NCBI GenBank assembly: GCA_013239625.1
Contig: MU053629.1
Coordinates: 1,329,567-1,393,566, forward strand
Direction of reading: 5' to 3'
Origin: Lama guanicoe
Taxonomy: Eukaryota
Length of the DNA stretch: 64,000 nt
This document shows positions 11,641-25,420 of the stretch, one piece after another; position 1 is the stretch's first letter; each line of letters opens with the position of its first letter. The translations under genes were made by a program, and so were the position numbers. The notes below the pieces were generated by a model. The model worked only from the letters and a program-made list of their open reading frames with translations, was not told the origin of the DNA and did not search any database.

Positions 11641-13922
11641 TGATTGAGCAGCTGCTTTGGAGGGGCGGCTCGAGTCGCCTTTCAGATCTTTGGGGTTGTC
11701 TGAAATTGCTTTGGGATTCCCGAGTTCATGTGCTTTAGGACAGTTGTTAGGTTTATGTAATGCTTTTGCGTTGTCTGAGCATCTTAACTCCGTCTGCCGG
11801 GTCCCTTGGAAGCCCCAGTGCCCTCTTATTGTCTGCTCTAGCGACTTAGGGTCGCACCGGCCACACTGCTTTGATTACTTCCTGGTAGGGCCCTGGTGCC
11901 GCCGGCAGTCTTTGTTTATTAGCTTTGAGATGATCACTGGTAGCGTGGGTTGCAGTGTAAAATTCGACTTGTGGGGTTTTTTTTTTAAAATCTTAAGTTC
12001 GTCTGACGAAATAAAGGCAAGAAAACAGCAATGATACGATTTAGCTGTGTGACATTTCTCCTTGTGGGTTGCAGCAGGGAAGATACTTTAGAGAATGCCT
12101 TAACACTTTTGACAGGTTACTTCAATATGATGATTATGTCCTTGGAGAAAAACATAGGTAACGCCACAAAGAAAATTGTACTGTAGGATAAGGAATAGAA
12201 ATAAGTGCGGTTTCCTTGAGCTCCCAGAGGTTTGAAGCTGTGCTTGCCTTTGTAAAGTCAGATTATCTTTTTCTGCATGAAGCCTATAAAGATTAACCGG
12301 TTAATTGGTTTCACAGTGCAATATTGCAGTCCTTTTATGAGGGTGCAGAGATTTACCTACGAATGTTTCTTCCACTGTAAATGTTGAGCATGAAACAACA
12401 AATAAGGTGTATCAAACTGCTTTACAAATTAGTTGGTGTTGCATTAATTATAATTGTAGCTATAGCTGTGGTGCTATAACTGTAACTTAATTTTTCCAAA
12501 AGAGATTTGAAAAGAAAAATGACCAAAGTAAACACTAGGAAACGCATACCTCATGAGGAATGATGAAATTACTCTTGATCATCTGAGATTAAACTACAGG
12601 GATACAAAGCCGACAGCACACTTCTGCCTTTTTCTGGGTAAAAATCACTTCAAATTTTAAAATAGCCACACTGGACACATGCATTTAAAAAAAGGAAAGA
12701 GTTTATGTAAGTGGCAGATACCCTGTTGTGAGTCAGTCTTGCCTTTGTCAGTCAGAGTGTCCACTTGTCTGTGGAAAGAAAATGCAGAAAATTGAGTGTC
12801 TCTTGTGGAAGTTAAGTGAAAATGGAGCATAACCAAGAGGTTTCTTCTGATAAAAAGAACAAACTAGTATGTCTGGCCCTAGGGGACTAGTGGTTTGTGT
12901 CTAAGGGGTAAGATGGCATCTTTGCATCTTGCGACAAAGTTTGTGGCATTGCTTTGGGAGGGTGGTTTGGTCATGTGCTTGGGTTTGTAGAACCAATAAA
13001 GCTAGTTTCGCACCTTTATGTGGGTTTTCCCCTTCTGTTCGTGTGCTGTGAATTGAACCCATTTCGTGTGGGCCTCCCATTTTAACCTATTGGCATCCAT
13101 TCATTGATGTAATCTCATGTTTTTGTATTGAGCTTGATCTTGTTCTTGCCTGCCTGTTGTTTCAGTGACTAAATGATTCTTAAATCTGTGAGTCCTTAAG
13201 TAATTCATCATCTTGGAATATTATGTATGCTGGTATTTATTCTCCAACACTTGGATTTCTTCCTTTCTCTTTTTCTTTTTCTTTTTTTCCTTTTTGGTAG
13301 GGCACCAAAAGTGTAGCCAGTGTGTTGAATAATGTGGTGACCGGGTATTGAGTCTGACTGCCTTCTTATTAGGGAGGGGGAAATCTCTGTTTTGGCAGGG
13401 GGACCATAAAAGTAATGCCCTTGCCTTGTGTTCTTTGGGAGCTTGCAGTCACACCACAGCAAAACAGCCTTGAGGCGGCCAAGCAGATTGCAAAAGACCA
13501 ACATCCTAGGCTCTACGAGGTAGCAGTACATCCTTGAAAAGTAGTTCTGTTTCCTCTGAGTGTCGGCTTGGTTTCATTATGTCATCTGTTAAAGAAAACG
13601 TTTACCTCACAGGTTGCTGTTAGGATGAACAAGGTAATGTTTGTGAAAACTTTGAGAAACTCCTACACATTGTTCAAGTTATAGGTGGTCTTATGGATCA
13701 GAACATCTTTATAAAGCGGACTCTGGATCGAAAAATCTAAAGCCCCTTAAATAGGGCCTAGGATAGACTGGTTTTATGCTGAATTATGTTTTACAAGGAG
13801 ATGTATTACTCAACAAGATTAGGCGGTGTAAGAAGTAATTATGCCTTAGAATTAACTTGAGCTTCTTATCTATGGAAGGCACTGGGTACATTCTGTTGTA
13901 TTTGCGGTGTAATTGTGTACCA

Positions 13923-14434
13923 CAGTGGTTCTCAAGCTTTTTGTTTTCAGGGCACCTTTATGCTCTTAAAAATTATTGAGAACCCAAAGAGCCTTTTGTT
14001 TGTGTGGCTTATATCTGTTGATATTACTGAACTAGAAATTAAAAGAAAAAATTTAAATATGTATTTATTAAATCATTTACAGTTAACAGTAGTAAGTCCA
14101 TTGCTTGTTAACAGAAATAATACTTTATATAAAATAACTACTTTCAGAACAAAAATTTGGTGGGAAGAGTGGCAGTATTTTAATTTTTTGCAACTTTTCT
14201 TTGGTCTGGCTTACTAGAAGACAGCTGGATTTTAATATCTGCTTTTTGCATTGTCTCTTGAGATGCCATACATCATGTAGCTTCTGGAAAACTCCGTTGC
14301 ATGCTTGTGAGAGAACGAGGGTAAACAATAAAAATAACATCAATACTGTTTATGAAAATAGTTTGACTTCATGTACCCTCTGAAAGGGTTTTGGAAACTC
14401 TCAGGGGCTCAGGACCACACTTTGAGAACTCACA
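13923..14434 (-). mobile_element. hAT-Charlie non-autonomous DNA transposon (Charlie4a-like, about 510 bp)
   Basis: Terminal inverted repeats CAGTGGTTCTCAA ... TTGAGAACTCAC; internal sequence resembles the Charlie4a consensus as recalled. Confidence 0.7.
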
Positions 14435-17400
14435 AGTAAACAACTGTAGTAACAGTTAAGGACACCTGCTGTTATCAAACTAGCTTTAGAATATTAAAGA
14501 ATTCCTTAAGGCCTTAAAACTAGCAACATTTATGTGTATATGGAGACTTAACAGAGTTTGTGAAATATATTAGCTAGAACCAGATCATGGGGTCCAGTAG
14601 TCCTTTGCTCTCAAAAAAGTTACAGTGTAACCTAGTTGGGGAGAGACAGGAAGCTGACTGGTTAGAAGATAAATCCATGTTGTGGTTTAAGGTAAATGTT
14701 GAAAATAGCAATTTCCTAATAAGGTAAAAGTTGATTTATGTCTAATTTTGCTAAAGGCCTTCTTGTTTTAAATGAAAACGTTTTAAATAAAAACTAGGAC
14801 ATTCTCTCAAGGTTTTTGTTAAGTGCACATACCAGATGTTATTTTCAGAAGCTGGAGGTTTGGGCATTTATTTTTATGGGTAAAAGAGTTGAACCAGTGG
14901 CAAAATACTGATGGAAAAAAAACACAAATTTTTTAAAAAGATGCCCTAAATACAACTATTTTAATAACTAAGGAAAGCCAAAGACTTCAAGGATTTGGGT
15001 TGAATAGCCAGTTAAATTGGAGATATTTAAATAGCATAGACATGAGAATTTTCCCCTGATTAGTTCTTCAAAGAGTTGAGAATGCCTCTTAAATTTTCCA
15101 GTACAGCTCTCCCTCACATTACCTAAGAAAAGTAAGTGTAGATTAAGTAAATGTTTTGCAGTTTTGGCTGTATGGAGAGTAACTCTTTTTTTTTTTTTTG
15201 AAGCTTCATTTAGTAGGATGCAGTTCTGAGTGTTGATTCCTTGTCATTGGTAGTAAACTTGAAGTTTGTGATAAAGGTGAGAAATCACTATGATGGAGTG
15301 ATGGGTTATTTTATATTGTATTTCTCTCACAACCTACATCTAAAGAACATGTTTGTATGCCCAGGAGACTACCTTTTTCTGGATAGGATCAGTCATTTGT
15401 TCATCATTAGGTCAAGTGCACTTATTGCTTTTTAGTAACCCAGTATGAAATATTTATTAAGTAACTAGCACATAATAAGACACTCAGTGAACATTTGCTT
15501 AATGAATGAACTTTTCCCCATTTAGATGGTGGTTGGAATGGCCTTAAACTTTATATTGAAAATAAATGAAAAGTAAGAGAGCTTCTCCCCAGAATGCTTT
15601 CACCAGTCCTCACTCCCGGTTTTCAGTCTGTAAACTTTGGATTGTGAGCAAAGGACCATCTGTGGTGGTGTTACCACAATGAATTTGTATTCTTTTGACA
15701 TTCTGTGTTTATAGATGGGTAGGTGGACATTTTAGTAATAAATGTGGATGGGCCAGTTTAAAAAAAAAAGTCAGTGGACAGGTGATCCTTTTTTCACATT
15801 GATTTGGAAGATTAGTATTTGAATTTTATATACTTTTCTGGGGAATGTAAACTTTTTTGGTAATGTTTGTAAGCTTAAGTCAAATGTAATTTGTTTTTCT
15901 AGTTTTTCTGGCAGTATTCCACCCTCAGCTCCAGCTCCAGAACCTTAAAGGAGCCTCAGCATATTTCCAGGGTCTCTGACTAATTGGTAGAGATGTGAAA
16001 GGCCTGGGATTCAGAATGTGCTCCATGTGTGTGTGAAGAGGCTGCAGTCTAGGGATTCAGCCTCACATTTTGTTGTTGTTGTGAAGTTTTGACAAATGGG
16101 TCAAAGTTATTTTCTAAATGGTATTCTTAGTAGTGTATGAGGAACATCCTTCATGGCCTAAGAAGAAAGGACGAGGTGGAGGGAAGAATTCAGACTCTTT
16201 TGTTTCGGTTTCTCCTTTATTCTCAAAATAATTCGTTCTCATCATTAGCCTTAGGCTCTTATAACATCCCACTTTTTCCTCATTGAAATTTATGCAATTT
16301 CCTTCTTTGCTGGAACATAATAGATTAATTTTGGATCCTTCAAACCAGATTTAGAAATACTAAGTTTCTTCTAATGTTTGTAGCTCAGTAAGCAGAACAG
16401 TGAGTAATTTAGTTTGTAGCTCATTGAGAAACTTAAATTCCTGTTTTAAAATGTAATTGAGTCCCTCTTCCATCAGGGAGTAATTTACAATTATGTTTCC
16501 CCCAGCCTACTTTGTTTTTGAATTTTCTCCCTCTTCTTGAGCTGTATTATGTTTTTTTCTTTGAAAAAAATGTTGATCTCCTTTGATTAAGTTTCTTAAC
16601 CTATGGGTTTTGTGTTCAACCTAGGCGTTCAGACAGACTTGGGTAGTAGTTTATCAGTGTCCGAAGTGGAAAAAATGTCTATGGCTTAGTGTATTTTAAT
16701 ATTTTATATTTATTCAAAGCTCCTTTAAACGTGAGAGCAAATGCATTCTAGGTGTTTTAATAGAGCTTTTCTGGACAGATGGCTTAGAAGGAAGTACTTA
16801 GATTCTCAGCAGGGGCTAGTACTTTTTGGAAAGTGTATTTATGATGAAGCTTACCTTGATTGACAGCTTAGAATGCTGAGAATACCATTAACAACAGTAA
16901 CAGCTTGTTCATCTTTCCTAGAATTGTTTTGTGCCAAGACCTCTCAAGATGCTTGGTGATTTGTAATAGTCTGTTTTGAGAACGTAGGTAAGGGCAGGTA
17001 TCTTTCAGAATGAAAGGAAATTTATCTAAAAACTGTTCATTGCGATTGTATCCTGAAATCCTTCCGGATTGTTGAATGATCTTTGGCTTAGAAATTTGTA
17101 AACACAGATCATCTTTTAACTGCTGTGAGTCTGCAGATGTTAATATATATAGTAATTCCAGATGTTTTCTCATCTCTTAGTTTTACTGAGTAGGAGGAGA
17201 ACTGAGAACAATATAAAGTAACTTCAAAGCCATTTGCTAGCATTTAATCCTGGCTAATTAACTACCTATCCTTGTAGTTTTTCCTGTTTCGTGCATTGTG
17301 AAACTGAGACAGAGATTAACAGTTGCTTAAGATGCTTGGGGGTATTAGAGATAGCCCAAAGCTTAAATTCAGTTACCATTCAAACCATGTGTTTTAGCGT

Positions 17401-20400
17401 GCCTTTGTAAAAGCAGAGGCTTAATTTTGTCATCTAGTCACTTAATGTCTGATAAATTTAAAGAATCCCAAGTGTTTGGAAACATACATGAAATAATTCC
17501 TTTGAAGATTTTTGATGTGAAAGTACATTTTAAATTCTACATTTTGAAAATAATTCATTTTAAAATTCTGTATTTGATTAGTGCTTCCTCCCCCTGTTTG
17601 ATTAAAATGCCAGCAAGTTGGAACAAGATGGGTTAGTACAATTTGGAAGAGAACTGTTTTTGAATGTTTTAATTTCAGTTCAGATCTAATTTTTTTTTTG
17701 TAGGCTGAAATTCACATTACTTTAGTGTAGATAAACCAACCTTCAGTTAGCTTTTGGGTGTTTTATAAACGTGTCTCTCTTCTTGAAGTTGCCCTGTCAC
17801 ATTCCTTCATTTTGTTTCCGCTAGAGGAGATTCTTCTTGGAGGTGGTTTGTTATGGGGTGGGGGAGGGAGAGAATTCTTAAGACAGGAAATTTTGCTTTT
17901 GCCTCTGGTAGCTCAGAGGTTATTTGAATCTTTGCTTTTAGGCAGTATACTTTGTTGATTCCATTTAGTTATATTCTAAGATTTTCCAATTGCATTTCTT
18001 ATAAAAGTTAATTATAGTCTTTAGACTGCAGTGCTTAAAACAGACTTCCCTCCCTTCTTTTTTCTCCCCCTCCTTCTTAAAGACATACTGAAGAGTAGGT
18101 ATATGTGTGCTATTTACAGATGTATAAAATGCAGATGAGTTTAGGAAAGCAATTTCACACTTTGAAAACTATTGAAATTAAACTTGGACATTGAAAAATG
18201 AAGTTCATAGTTGTCTTAGTGTTTGTGTTAAATACTTCACCATTAATCAGTGCTAGCTAATTACATTTTATAAGACTTTTGAGGAGGAAATTGAGAATTT
18301 ATTTTGAATATGAACCAACTTGTGTCTTTGAAAAGATATAACCAACTGGATTTTATTTGGAGACTTGGTACTCTGCTTTAGGGTTGAGTAGCTCTATCCA
18401 TTTTGAGTTGATGTTCTTTCCTGATACTTGTTTCTTTGTTCTTGTTGGGTTTAAGGCAGCCTTGTAGAAATCGGCTTGCCTATTTATCCTAGACCTGCCT
18501 TGAAGACCTTTATGGACTGTTCTTGTACTATCTCATCACCAGGACGAGCAGGCTGGTGATTAGCTGTCATGTCCCTGCAGGTTTAATGTAACTGGCTGTG
18601 ATATTACACTTGTTTTAGCTTCTTTAGATCTTTGTCCTTACTGAACATGTTCAGATATTCTTCTTTAAATAATAGATTATTGTTCATTCCTTTGTTTTGA
18701 ACATCTGTTGCACAGTATTGGGATAGTAAGATTTTTGGTCACAGTTTGTGAAGTTCATGCTGAAATTTCTAGGGAGCAATTTTTTTTCTTTTTGCCACAG
18801 ATTGTTTCCCTGGGATAATTGATAGATAATATGTTGGAGAAATATTCTCATATAATATTTTTAAAAAGCAACTTAACTTAGGTCATCTGGGGCTGACACT
18901 TATATTGTTGATTGATATTTTTTATTTTAGTGTCACACAGTAAAATTGAGATTAGTTTCCATCTGAATTACTTTGAATGTTAATTGTGAGATGGATGCGA
19001 ATGTGGATTGGGGAAATTGTTAAATGTGGATGGAAATGTTGATTGGAGAAACTGTTCTCTACAGCTAAAGACTCAAGCTTCACCTTAGGTGTATGAAGCA
19101 GCTGCCAGAGCTCTAATTCATGCTGTGAGAATTTAATTCCAATTTAATTTAACTGCATCAGTTTCATTTCAGTTATTTCAAGTGTTTTGTTTGTGTATAG
19201 TTTTTTAAGAGCCTCATTTAAGAATTTTTTTCAGGCTTTTGTGTATTTTTTATTTGAATAATTAATAGATATTTTGGGGGAAGTGTGGATCAGATTTTTA
19301 AATTGTACCTATTGGTTGTAAAAAAAAAAATTCCAACTCTTGGTTTTTGTTAAATAATTAGAACAGTTACTGGAGTTTACAGGTGCCTATTTTCTGTTAT
19401 GTTGGGTTTCTAGCCCTTTAAGCAGAGTATAAACATGTGCCTAGTTTATGTTTTTTCTTTCCGTATCTTCATAAATAGACCCATTGATTTTAAAAGAATA
19501 GCTTCCCAGCACACCAGTAAGTACAACTGTGGTAATTCCCCGCCCCCTCCACCACCACTTTGTGCTTTAGTGCAACCTTTATTATATAACCACAAAAAAC
19601 TGGGAAGAGAACTGTGCACTGCAGATACTAGACCTGCACTCTAAGTGAAGTCTTTGATAATAAGAGCTCCCTAACCCTCTTGATTGTTTTATTTATTTAT
19701 GGAAGTGAGTGCTTCCTCTAAAATGTATATGTGCATCTTTTCTTATATTGCATACACTTTTGTTTTGAAATAATAGTTGTATGGTGTTTACATTTATGGC
19801 TTGATTCATTTCTTTTGAAAATCCCCCTGCTGTTTAAACATGGATTCGCTTACTCAGGTTGTTGGCAAAAGCATGGAATTGCATCAGATCTTGCTGTATT
19901 AAATAGATGGGAATATTAGATGCCAGAATTTTTCTTAAGTGATTCATGGCTTTTGTGTTCATTCTCTGTATCATCAGCTTCCTAGGGAGAGTTCTTTTTG
20001 AAACAATATAAACTCCTGGTAATTTTTATGTAGTTAATTTGTATCTGGTCATTTAAAGGCCAAAGTGGTCCATTTTGACTCTGATTTAGTCATCTGCATT
20101 GACTTCAGTAGTTTTAATCCTTGTCCCCACTACCCTTTCCTCTTTTGGAGTTCGGGGCACAGTTCCAGCATTTAGCAGAAGACTGCAGAATAGACAAAGC
20201 ATACTAGCTTCATTAGATGTTTTTCACCAAAGTGGGTCCGAACAGGTCTGAGTTTGTGATAGAATAAATGATTACAAATGTGTTTAGTGCTTTACAGTTT
20301 TTGAGACCATGAAGTTTCACATACCTTCTTTCTATATTTTATTTTCATTTGATGTTGAAAACTGATCTCAGAAATCCGTTTCAAAATAGAATAGAATGTT

Positions 20401-20759
20401 TGAGCCAGTGAGGGGACCAGTCTTATGGGTCAGAATTTGCCTCTGTGTAGGAAATCAGCAGGACCAGATGCCCTCTCTTTTCTGGCTCTGTAGGTATCTG
20501 GATTTGTTAACATATAGATGACAAATTTTGACCAGCTTTGAAATTACATTCTTTAGCAGAGGAAACATATCATTAGCTCTGCAAATTAGCCTTGTAGTGT
20601 TCAGGGAATTCAGTAGCTGCTTGGCCCCAGATGATAAACTGCTATTGTAATTTTTATTTCATGTAATAGAGTTTAGGCATTTTTTTTAAGATGAAAAAAA
20701 TGGTTTGGGCAACTTCATGAATTGATATGGCTGTTACATCAATCTACTTTTTAAGATTA

Positions 20760-23700
20760 ATTCATGTTTTCAAAAAGTTACACACACACACACACACACA
20801 CACAGTTAAGTCATAGTATCAAATGGTTTAAAATAGAACAGCAGTCTCCTCCGCCACCCCCAGTCCTCCTGTCCACAGACAACCACTTTCAGCTCGATTT
20901 AGTTTTCTCTCTCATATTTACCTACATGCATCTAAGTAATATACTGTTATTTCTTAATTTATCCATTTTAGGTATCATCTCTTGACATCTTGCTATGGTA
21001 AATGAGGACATTAGTGTTTGCATTACCCTCCCCTCTGCCCCTCTCTCCATTTCTCAGTATAATTAGATTACGATTTTTGATTAATATGGTGACTGCTTTT
21101 TTTCTTGCCTGGCATTTTATTTTTCCTTGAGTTAATAACTGCTTTTTTTAAAAAATTGCTTACTTTGACTTCTACACATTTTCTCCTGAATGTAACCTAT
21201 AAATCTGTCAAATGTCTATGAGTATTATTTTCCAAGCACTTTAAACATGTAATCTCTTAGCTTTTTTTTTTTTTTTTTTTTAAGACCTCCTGTCCGGGGC
21301 TCTCTTTATTATCTTTTTTTTTTTTTCTGAAGCCCTCCTGTCCGGAGCGCTCTGGCTGCCATCTGAGCTGAGTCTTCTCTGGGCCAGCTGGACAGTTTTT
21401 ATCCTGTGATTCCCTTGCTGTTCTCTTGTATTGGATCTCCCATTTCCTAGATCCCAGGTCTTTCTTTTCCTTGGTTTATTAGACCATTTTGCTGGAGTAC
21501 ATCATTTAGCTCCCTTCTCGGGGGAGGCAAGCTTTTGACCCCATGCAAGTCTGACACTTTGAATTTACCTTTACTACTTGATTGCTGGACTGACTATTAG
21601 TTTGAAAAGATTTTCTTTTAGAATTTTGAGAGCAATGTTCCTTTGTTTTTAGGCTTCCAGTGCTTCTGTTGAGAAACCTGATGCCCTCCTGATTACTGTT
21701 CCTTCGTGTGGGTCCTTTTACTGTTTTTTGCTGGAAACTTTCAGGCTCTTCCCTCCAGCCTTGGTGGTCTGGAACTTCAGAACGATGTGTCTTCGCATGG
21801 TTAGTTTTCCTCTTGTTGCCATGGGTGCTCAGGGGACTTTTCAGTCTGCACATTGGAGAGTACACTCATCCTCCCATACTTAATCTCCTCGTTGCTGCCG
21901 TTCTCTTTGTACAGCTCCTGTTAATTGAATGTTGAGCGCCTTGGGTGGAACTTGTAATTTTCTTATCTTTTTATTTCTTTGCCTTTTGGTTCAAGTTCCT
22001 GAGCTACTTCCTTTTTTTTCCCCCTTCCACTCTTTCTATTGAATTTTGATGATAATATTCTTCATTTAAGGGCTTTTTCTCATTTTTCTGACCATTGCTG
22101 TTTCGTCCATTCTGCTCCTGTGGCTTTGCTATATCTTATTACTTCTGGGTTTTAGAGTTTGTTTTGAAGCTTTTCTGTGCTCCCTGCATTGTTCCTGTTT
22201 CCTCTGGGTTCCTCTGTTTCTTTTCAAAATGTTTCTCCCAGACGAGATGTTTTCTTCAAGGGTCTTGTTTTATCTTTGTCTATCTTTTCATAGAAGAGTG
22301 AGGCACTGAAAAGCTCTGTAAGTTTGTAACATTTGTCTGTAAGGGTGAGGCTTGTCTGCAGTGGGCTTCACTGTGAGGTTGGGGAGCAGGCTACCTTCTT
22401 CAATGGAGGAAGACATCTTTGTGGAGTTTTTTTGTTTTTTGTTTTTTGTTTTGCAGCATTTAGTTTTTCAATTTTCCATCTGGCGGCTGTACACTTGGCC
22501 ACTGATGTTCTGACATCAGGACGTAGGAAGTTCTGTGAATCAGTCGTTCATCACAGCCCTTGGACCCCCTTGTGTTCAGTCCCATCCGTACCTTTGCTGT
22601 CTGCTGTGCTCAGTGTCCCTGAGCCCAGAGCCCCCTCCCGCCTGCACTTCCCTCTGCCAGCACTTAGGTTGTAGCTTCCTTCACGCTGCTTAGGTTGTTA
22701 CTGCTCCTCTAACTTCTTCCTGACTCTCAAAAATGTGTTGAAATCTTTTATCTGCTTTGCTGGCCTCACATGTTCTCTTTATCTTTGGGAGTTAATATCA
22801 ACTTAATTTCTTTATTGTCGGGTTTAGTGGGAAATTAGGATGGAGAAGAGAGGGAAGCAAGAAGTTGGTCTGCCATACTTAATTTGGTGTCTATTTTTAA
22901 ATGAAATATTTTTAATCTGGTTTTTAGGGCAAAGTGCTGAGAAATGGATCTGATTAGTTACCCTCCAGAGAGTTAAATCACTCAAACTGAAATTTTGCAG
23001 TACCATATTTGAGTAAAAGTTCAAACTCAGATTTACCTTCCCCAATGAACAGAGCAAAGTATTGTTGCTATTACCAGAGTCAGCAGAGAGAGCAGATAAG
23101 CCCAAGGGTTTGACTCTGCTTGGGAAGCCAGATCACAAGCCAGACATTGGGTATGTAAAAGAAACATAGTTGTAAAGCCACTTGGACTACTGCAGTTAAT
23201 ATGTTGTACTATTTTTACTAGATTAGTTCATCATCCATCAATAAAGGGAAGTTAATGTCAGGTTTATAGTACTCTTTGGCTCTGCACGATAGTAATTTAA
23301 CCTTTTCCCTTGTGTTTCATAATGAAAAAAAAACATGTTCTTAATTGGAAGTAAAGAATAAAATTTCTTTAATCTCAAAAAACCTTTTTATTTTGATACA
23401 GTTTCATACTTAAAGAAACATTAAGAATAGTCAGAGAACTCCCATCCAGTTGTCAACATTTTTCCACACTTGTGTTACGTGTGCATCTTCTTTTTATCCA
23501 CCCTCTTCCCACCCCCCAGCCCCTGACCAAGAACAAAGACTTTCTTTTCAGTAAGTACAGGATATTGGTCAAAACAAGGACATTTAATAACTAGTACAAT
23601 AGTATTATCTAATGCACATTCCATACTCAGAGTTCTCCAATTGTTCCAGTAATGTCCTTTATAGCTATTTCCCGTTTTTTGCCCCCTCCCACCTCCCACA

Positions 23701-25420
23701 GATCTAATCCAGGATCATGCTTTTCATTTAGTTGAGATCAATCTTTAGTCTCCTTTAATCTGGAGTAGTTCCTTATCCTTTCTTTGTCTTTCACATCTTA
23801 TTTTTGAAGAATACAGGCCAGTTATTTCATAGAATGTACTTCAATTCGAGTTTTCCTGATGTTTCCTTATGATTAGGTTGAAGTTATGCATCGTTTGGGT
23901 GGCAGTACTACAGAAGTAATGTGTCTGCTCAGAGCATCGTGTCAAGAGGCATGTGAGGTTGTTTGTCTCCGGTGATGTTAACTTCTGTCATTTTATTAAG
24001 GTAGTATTTGCAAGGTTATTCCACTGTAAAGTTACTCTTTGCCCCTTTATTATTAATAAGTAACTTGTAGGAGATGCTTTGTGATTTTATGGATGTCTTA
24101 TTCCTCATCAGACTTGCACCCAGTAATTTAGCATCCATTGATGGTTCTTAACTGAATCAGTTATTACTAGGATGATTGCAAGATGTAGATTTTCTATCTC
24201 TTATTTCTCCTAAATATATATAGGGAAGAGCTTTCCTTTCTCTCCCATTTGTTTATTTATTCATTTATTTTATTAACATGGACTCATAGATTTTTATTTT
24301 ATTCTGTGATCTCTGTTACTTATTTTGAGGCTCAGATTGTTTTAGATTTGGCTAGTGGGAGTCCCTTTAAGCCATAATTTTGAGATGCCCCCATTGTTCT
24401 TGGAGGCCATTCTTCCTGGCACAGCAAGATGCTCCAGGCTCGGCCTGCCCTAGTCCTGAAATCAGTCATTTCTCCAAGTAGCCCTCCTTCTTTCTAGTGG
24501 GGAGTAAGATTTATAAACTAAGATTTCTCAGCAAATAAGAGCTAAGAAATATAAATAAACAGACATGTCTGTATCTCTGTGTGTGTGTGACCATGAGTTC
24601 GTACAGATACCTGAACTCCAGTTCAGCACTGCAGGTCTAGTCTTGCTCTTTCTGTCCCCATCAGTGGGAATCTGGTTCCCATTATCCTCAACATTTGTAC
24701 TTGTTCGCTCAGTTCCATAAGCAGAGAAATTAGTTCCGAGCTGCTAACCCATACCTTATAACTAGAGATCAATATTTGTTTATAGTTCTTTTTGTCTGTA
24801 TACTGACAGTATATGAAGTATTATGTTCAAAAGTTGTTTGGGTTAGTTTCCTTCCCTCTTTTAATACACTTATTTACTTGACATGCAGTTAGCTTCACTT
24901 GTTTGTGTTTGATTTCCATTTTAGATTTTTCTCCCACCTCATCCTTGCTGATTTTACTTTTTTATGTGTGTAAAACATGAGTATGGTCCTCAGAGTTAAA
25001 ATGATAAAGAGTTAAAACTATAAACTATTATACCAAAAAGTGTCACCACCTGATCCTTCCTCTCATTGCTACCCATCCCTGTAGACAATCACTTTGATCT
25101 ACCCTTCCTGTGTTTCTTTTTATTAAAAAAAAAAGTACATGAGTATTTTCTTATTTTTTCTCACAAAAGGTAGCAAACTAAGTATATTCTTTTGGAATTT
25201 TCTTCTTTCATTTAATAATATATTCTGTGTATCACTCCATGTTTGTAGTAATTTTCCTTATTATTTTTAACAGCTTCATAGTACTCCATTTGTGATGTCA
25301 CAGTGAATTCAAACATTCTCCTATGTTTGGGCATTTAGGTTGTTTCCAGGATTTTACAGTTGCAGACAGTGCTGCAGCTAATAGCCTTACACAGACATAT
25401 ATTTGTATTATTAGGTCTCA
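20760..25420 (-). mobile_element. Patchwork of ancient antisense L1M fragments
   Basis: T-rich degenerate L1 segments, e.g. L1MC/MD-like 3' end from about 23385 and GGGCATTTAGGTTGTTTCCAG at about 25330; boundaries approximate. Confidence 0.55.
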
